44,891 nt of DNA, from positions 1 through 44,891 of the forward strand of contig DAOSSK010000003.1 of assembly GCA_035377365.1 (NCBI GenBank). The letters are read 5' to 3'. This DNA comes from Bacilli bacterium. GTDB lineage: Bacteria; Bacillota_I; Bacilli_A; ML615J-28; CAG-698. Position numbers and translations under genes: made by a program. Within the stretch, counting starts at the first letter, position 1, and every line of letters begins with the position of its first letter. Below, piece by piece: positions 43,685 to 44,891 of the stretch. The notes beneath the pieces are model-generated. The model searched no databases and was not told the origin of the DNA. It worked only from the letters and a program-made list of their open reading frames with translations.

Positions 43685-44341
43685 TTATTTAAAAGACCAA
43701 ATACCTCCTTCAGGTATTTTCTTAAAGCTCATTTGTTCTTTAGTAATTGGATGAGGAACCTTTAGCTCATAGCACCAAAGTCCAAGTTGGTCAAAATAGT
43801 TTTTACCTTGATAGCCATATTTAAAATCATTTATTAAAGGATGACCTATTAAGGCAAACTGAGCTCTAATTTGATTATACCTACCTGTAATTAAATCTAC
43901 ATCAACTAGAGTATAATCTAATCCTTCTTCTTTTAAATACTTGATTACTTTATATTCTAAAACCGCTTCTTTTCCTTCTTTACTTTCTAAGGCCATTTGG
44001 TCTTTTTTGATTAGTTTATGTTTTAAGATTCCTGATTCTACTTTTCCTGTACAAATCGCTAAGTATTTCTTTTCAAAATCTCTTTCTCTAATTGCTTTAG
44101 ATAGTCTTGATGCAGCCTTGGATGTCTTCGCAAACACCATCACTCCACCAACTCTTCGATCTAAACGATGAACTAGGCCTAAATAGACATTACCTAACTT
44201 TTGATATTTTTCTTTTAAATATGCTTTTACTAAAGATAAGATATCTTCATCTTCTGTTTTGTCTTTTTGGCTTAAAAGATTTTCTTCCTTCACAACAACA
44301 ATCAAATGATTGTCTTCGTATAAAACTTCTAAATTAGGCAT
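43685..44341 (-). CDS. RluA-family pseudouridine synthase
   Basis: The catalytic motif is HRLDRRVGGVMVFAKT, with a later GRYNQIRAQ. It is 218 aa. Confidence 0.85.
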   Translation of the reverse strand: MPNLEVLYEDNHLIVVVKEENLLSQKDKTEDEDILSLVKAYLKEKYQKLGNVYLGLVHRLDRRVGGVMVFAKTSKAASRLSKAIRERDFEKKYLAICTGKVESGILKHKLIKKDQMALESKEGKEAVLEYKVIKYLKEEGLDYTLVDVDLITGRYNQIRAQFALIGHPLINDFKYGYQGKNYFDQLGLWCYELKVPHPITKEQMSFKKIPEGGIWSFK

Positions 44342-44891
44342 AAGCTTCTTCTAATAGTTTTAAAGCTGTTTCCAAATCTTTAGAATTTTTAATTGCTTTA
44401 GTTTTATATTTACCATCAACTAAAACTCTTAAAACTAATGCCTCATCATAGTATAAATAAGCAAAATTAGTAATTCTTCTAATCGCAACATAATGAGGAA
44501 ACTCTTTAATAACTATTTCATCTCCTAGCATTAATAAATGTTCTTTAATTTCATTAAATACTTGTGATTTAGGAAAACCATTTTCTAAATAGTTTTGACT
44601 TTGATAATTTTTTTCTAATACTAAAGTATTAGAATCAAACACTTCACATTTAATTAAATCAATTTCTTTATTGATTTGTTTTATTGCATAGTGATCATAT
44701 TTAGTAAAGTTAGTTCCTAAAACAATAATTCTTGGACTAAAATCAATTTCTAAGATTTCTTCTTTTTTTAAATCTTCGCTTAAATAAGTTTTCAACTTAC
44801 CTAAGTTTTCTCTAATTAAATCAACTAAATATAAACTACGTCCTAAAATCTGACCAAAGTTTTCTTTTTTGAAGTCTAGTAAAGTAATTGT
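44334..44891 (-). CDS. Hypothetical protein, C-terminal part (the ORF stays open to the right edge; the track's start at 44795 is only an internal TTG)
   Basis: My translation upstream of 44795 continues without a stop: TITLLDFKKENFGQILGRSLYLVDLIRENLGK-LKTYLSEDL... I recognise no family with confidence. Confidence 0.4.
   Translation of the reverse strand, partial: TITLLDFKKENFGQILGRSLYLVDLIRENLGKLKTYLSEDLKKEEILEIDFSPRIIVLGTNFTKYDHYAIKQINKEIDLIKCEVFDSNTLVLEKNYQSQNYLENGFPKSQVFNEIKEHLLMLGDEIVIKEFPHYVAIRRITNFAYLYYDEALVLRVLVDGKYKTKAIKNSKDLETALKLLEEAYA

Noticed and set aside
7118-44337. Plus-strand ORFs in the track other than 40732-41148 and 41296-41511. They are 7118-7333, 8171-8362, 9254-9439, 9535-9723, 12042-12272, 12573-12758, 13345-13590, 13708-14028, 14827-15021, 17491-17808, 25466-25759, 36277-36471, 43562-43765, 43941-44171 and 44107-44337.
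   Set aside because: All lie antisense to long minus-strand genes with clear family motifs. They have low-complexity translations, no convincing RBS and no recognisable domains, so they are shadow ORFs.
1-44891. Possibility that the sequence uses the Mycoplasma/Spiroplasma code (TGA = Trp)
   Set aside because: Long family-consistent ORFs terminate at TGA (for example the ATGA overlap at 1153-1156), and proteins have normal lengths under code 11.
1-44891. A scan for CRISPR arrays, tRNA or rRNA genes, IS elements and prophage genes
   Set aside because: I found no spaced direct-repeat arrays, no cloverleaf-like GC-rich islands other than the SRP RNA, and no transposase, integrase or phage-like ORFs in any frame of the track.

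Overview
This is an AT-rich chromosomal segment from a low-GC Gram-positive-type lineage (Bacillota or Mycoplasmatota-like). I cannot name the organism. TGA acts as a stop (for example the ATGA stop/start overlap at 1153-1156), so the code is standard code 11, not code 4. I count 37 protein genes plus one small RNA; all but two are on the minus strand, and many starts and stops overlap or nearly touch. Coordinates 1-39175 form one long co-directional array built around amino-sugar and peptidoglycan-fragment catabolism. It encodes MurQ etherase, AnmK, a BadF-type sugar kinase, two GH3 NagZ-like enzymes (one fused to a MupG-like DUF871 domain, the other to NagB), NamZ/DUF1343, GH20, a GHL10 protein and two tandem-GNAT proteins. 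It also encodes an AmiE-like serine hydrolase, an M19 dipeptidase and LysA. Two CUT1-type ABC importers are present, with four permeases and two very large, unusually decorated binding proteins. No ATPase gene and no transcription factor are visible. The most unusual part is 18326-30058. There an importer is translationally packed with three envelope proteins I cannot assign a function to: a 1317-aa anchored protein, a Yip1-like membrane protein, and an NHL-propeller/TPR protein. A RelE/AbrB toxin-antitoxin cassette, flanked by two identical 27-nt terminator hairpins, interrupts the array at about 32 kb. The right end is housekeeping: dusB, a short SRP RNA, tadA, tdk, rpmE, lemA plus a DUF2207 gene, and an RluA-family synthase. 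It also holds a frameshifted TasA/camelysin-like secreted protein gene. The array ends on the left with etfB and a ferredoxin-domain etfA. I saw no rRNA, tRNA, CRISPR array, transposase or integrase. All family calls rest on motif recognition by eye and need HMM or BLAST confirmation.
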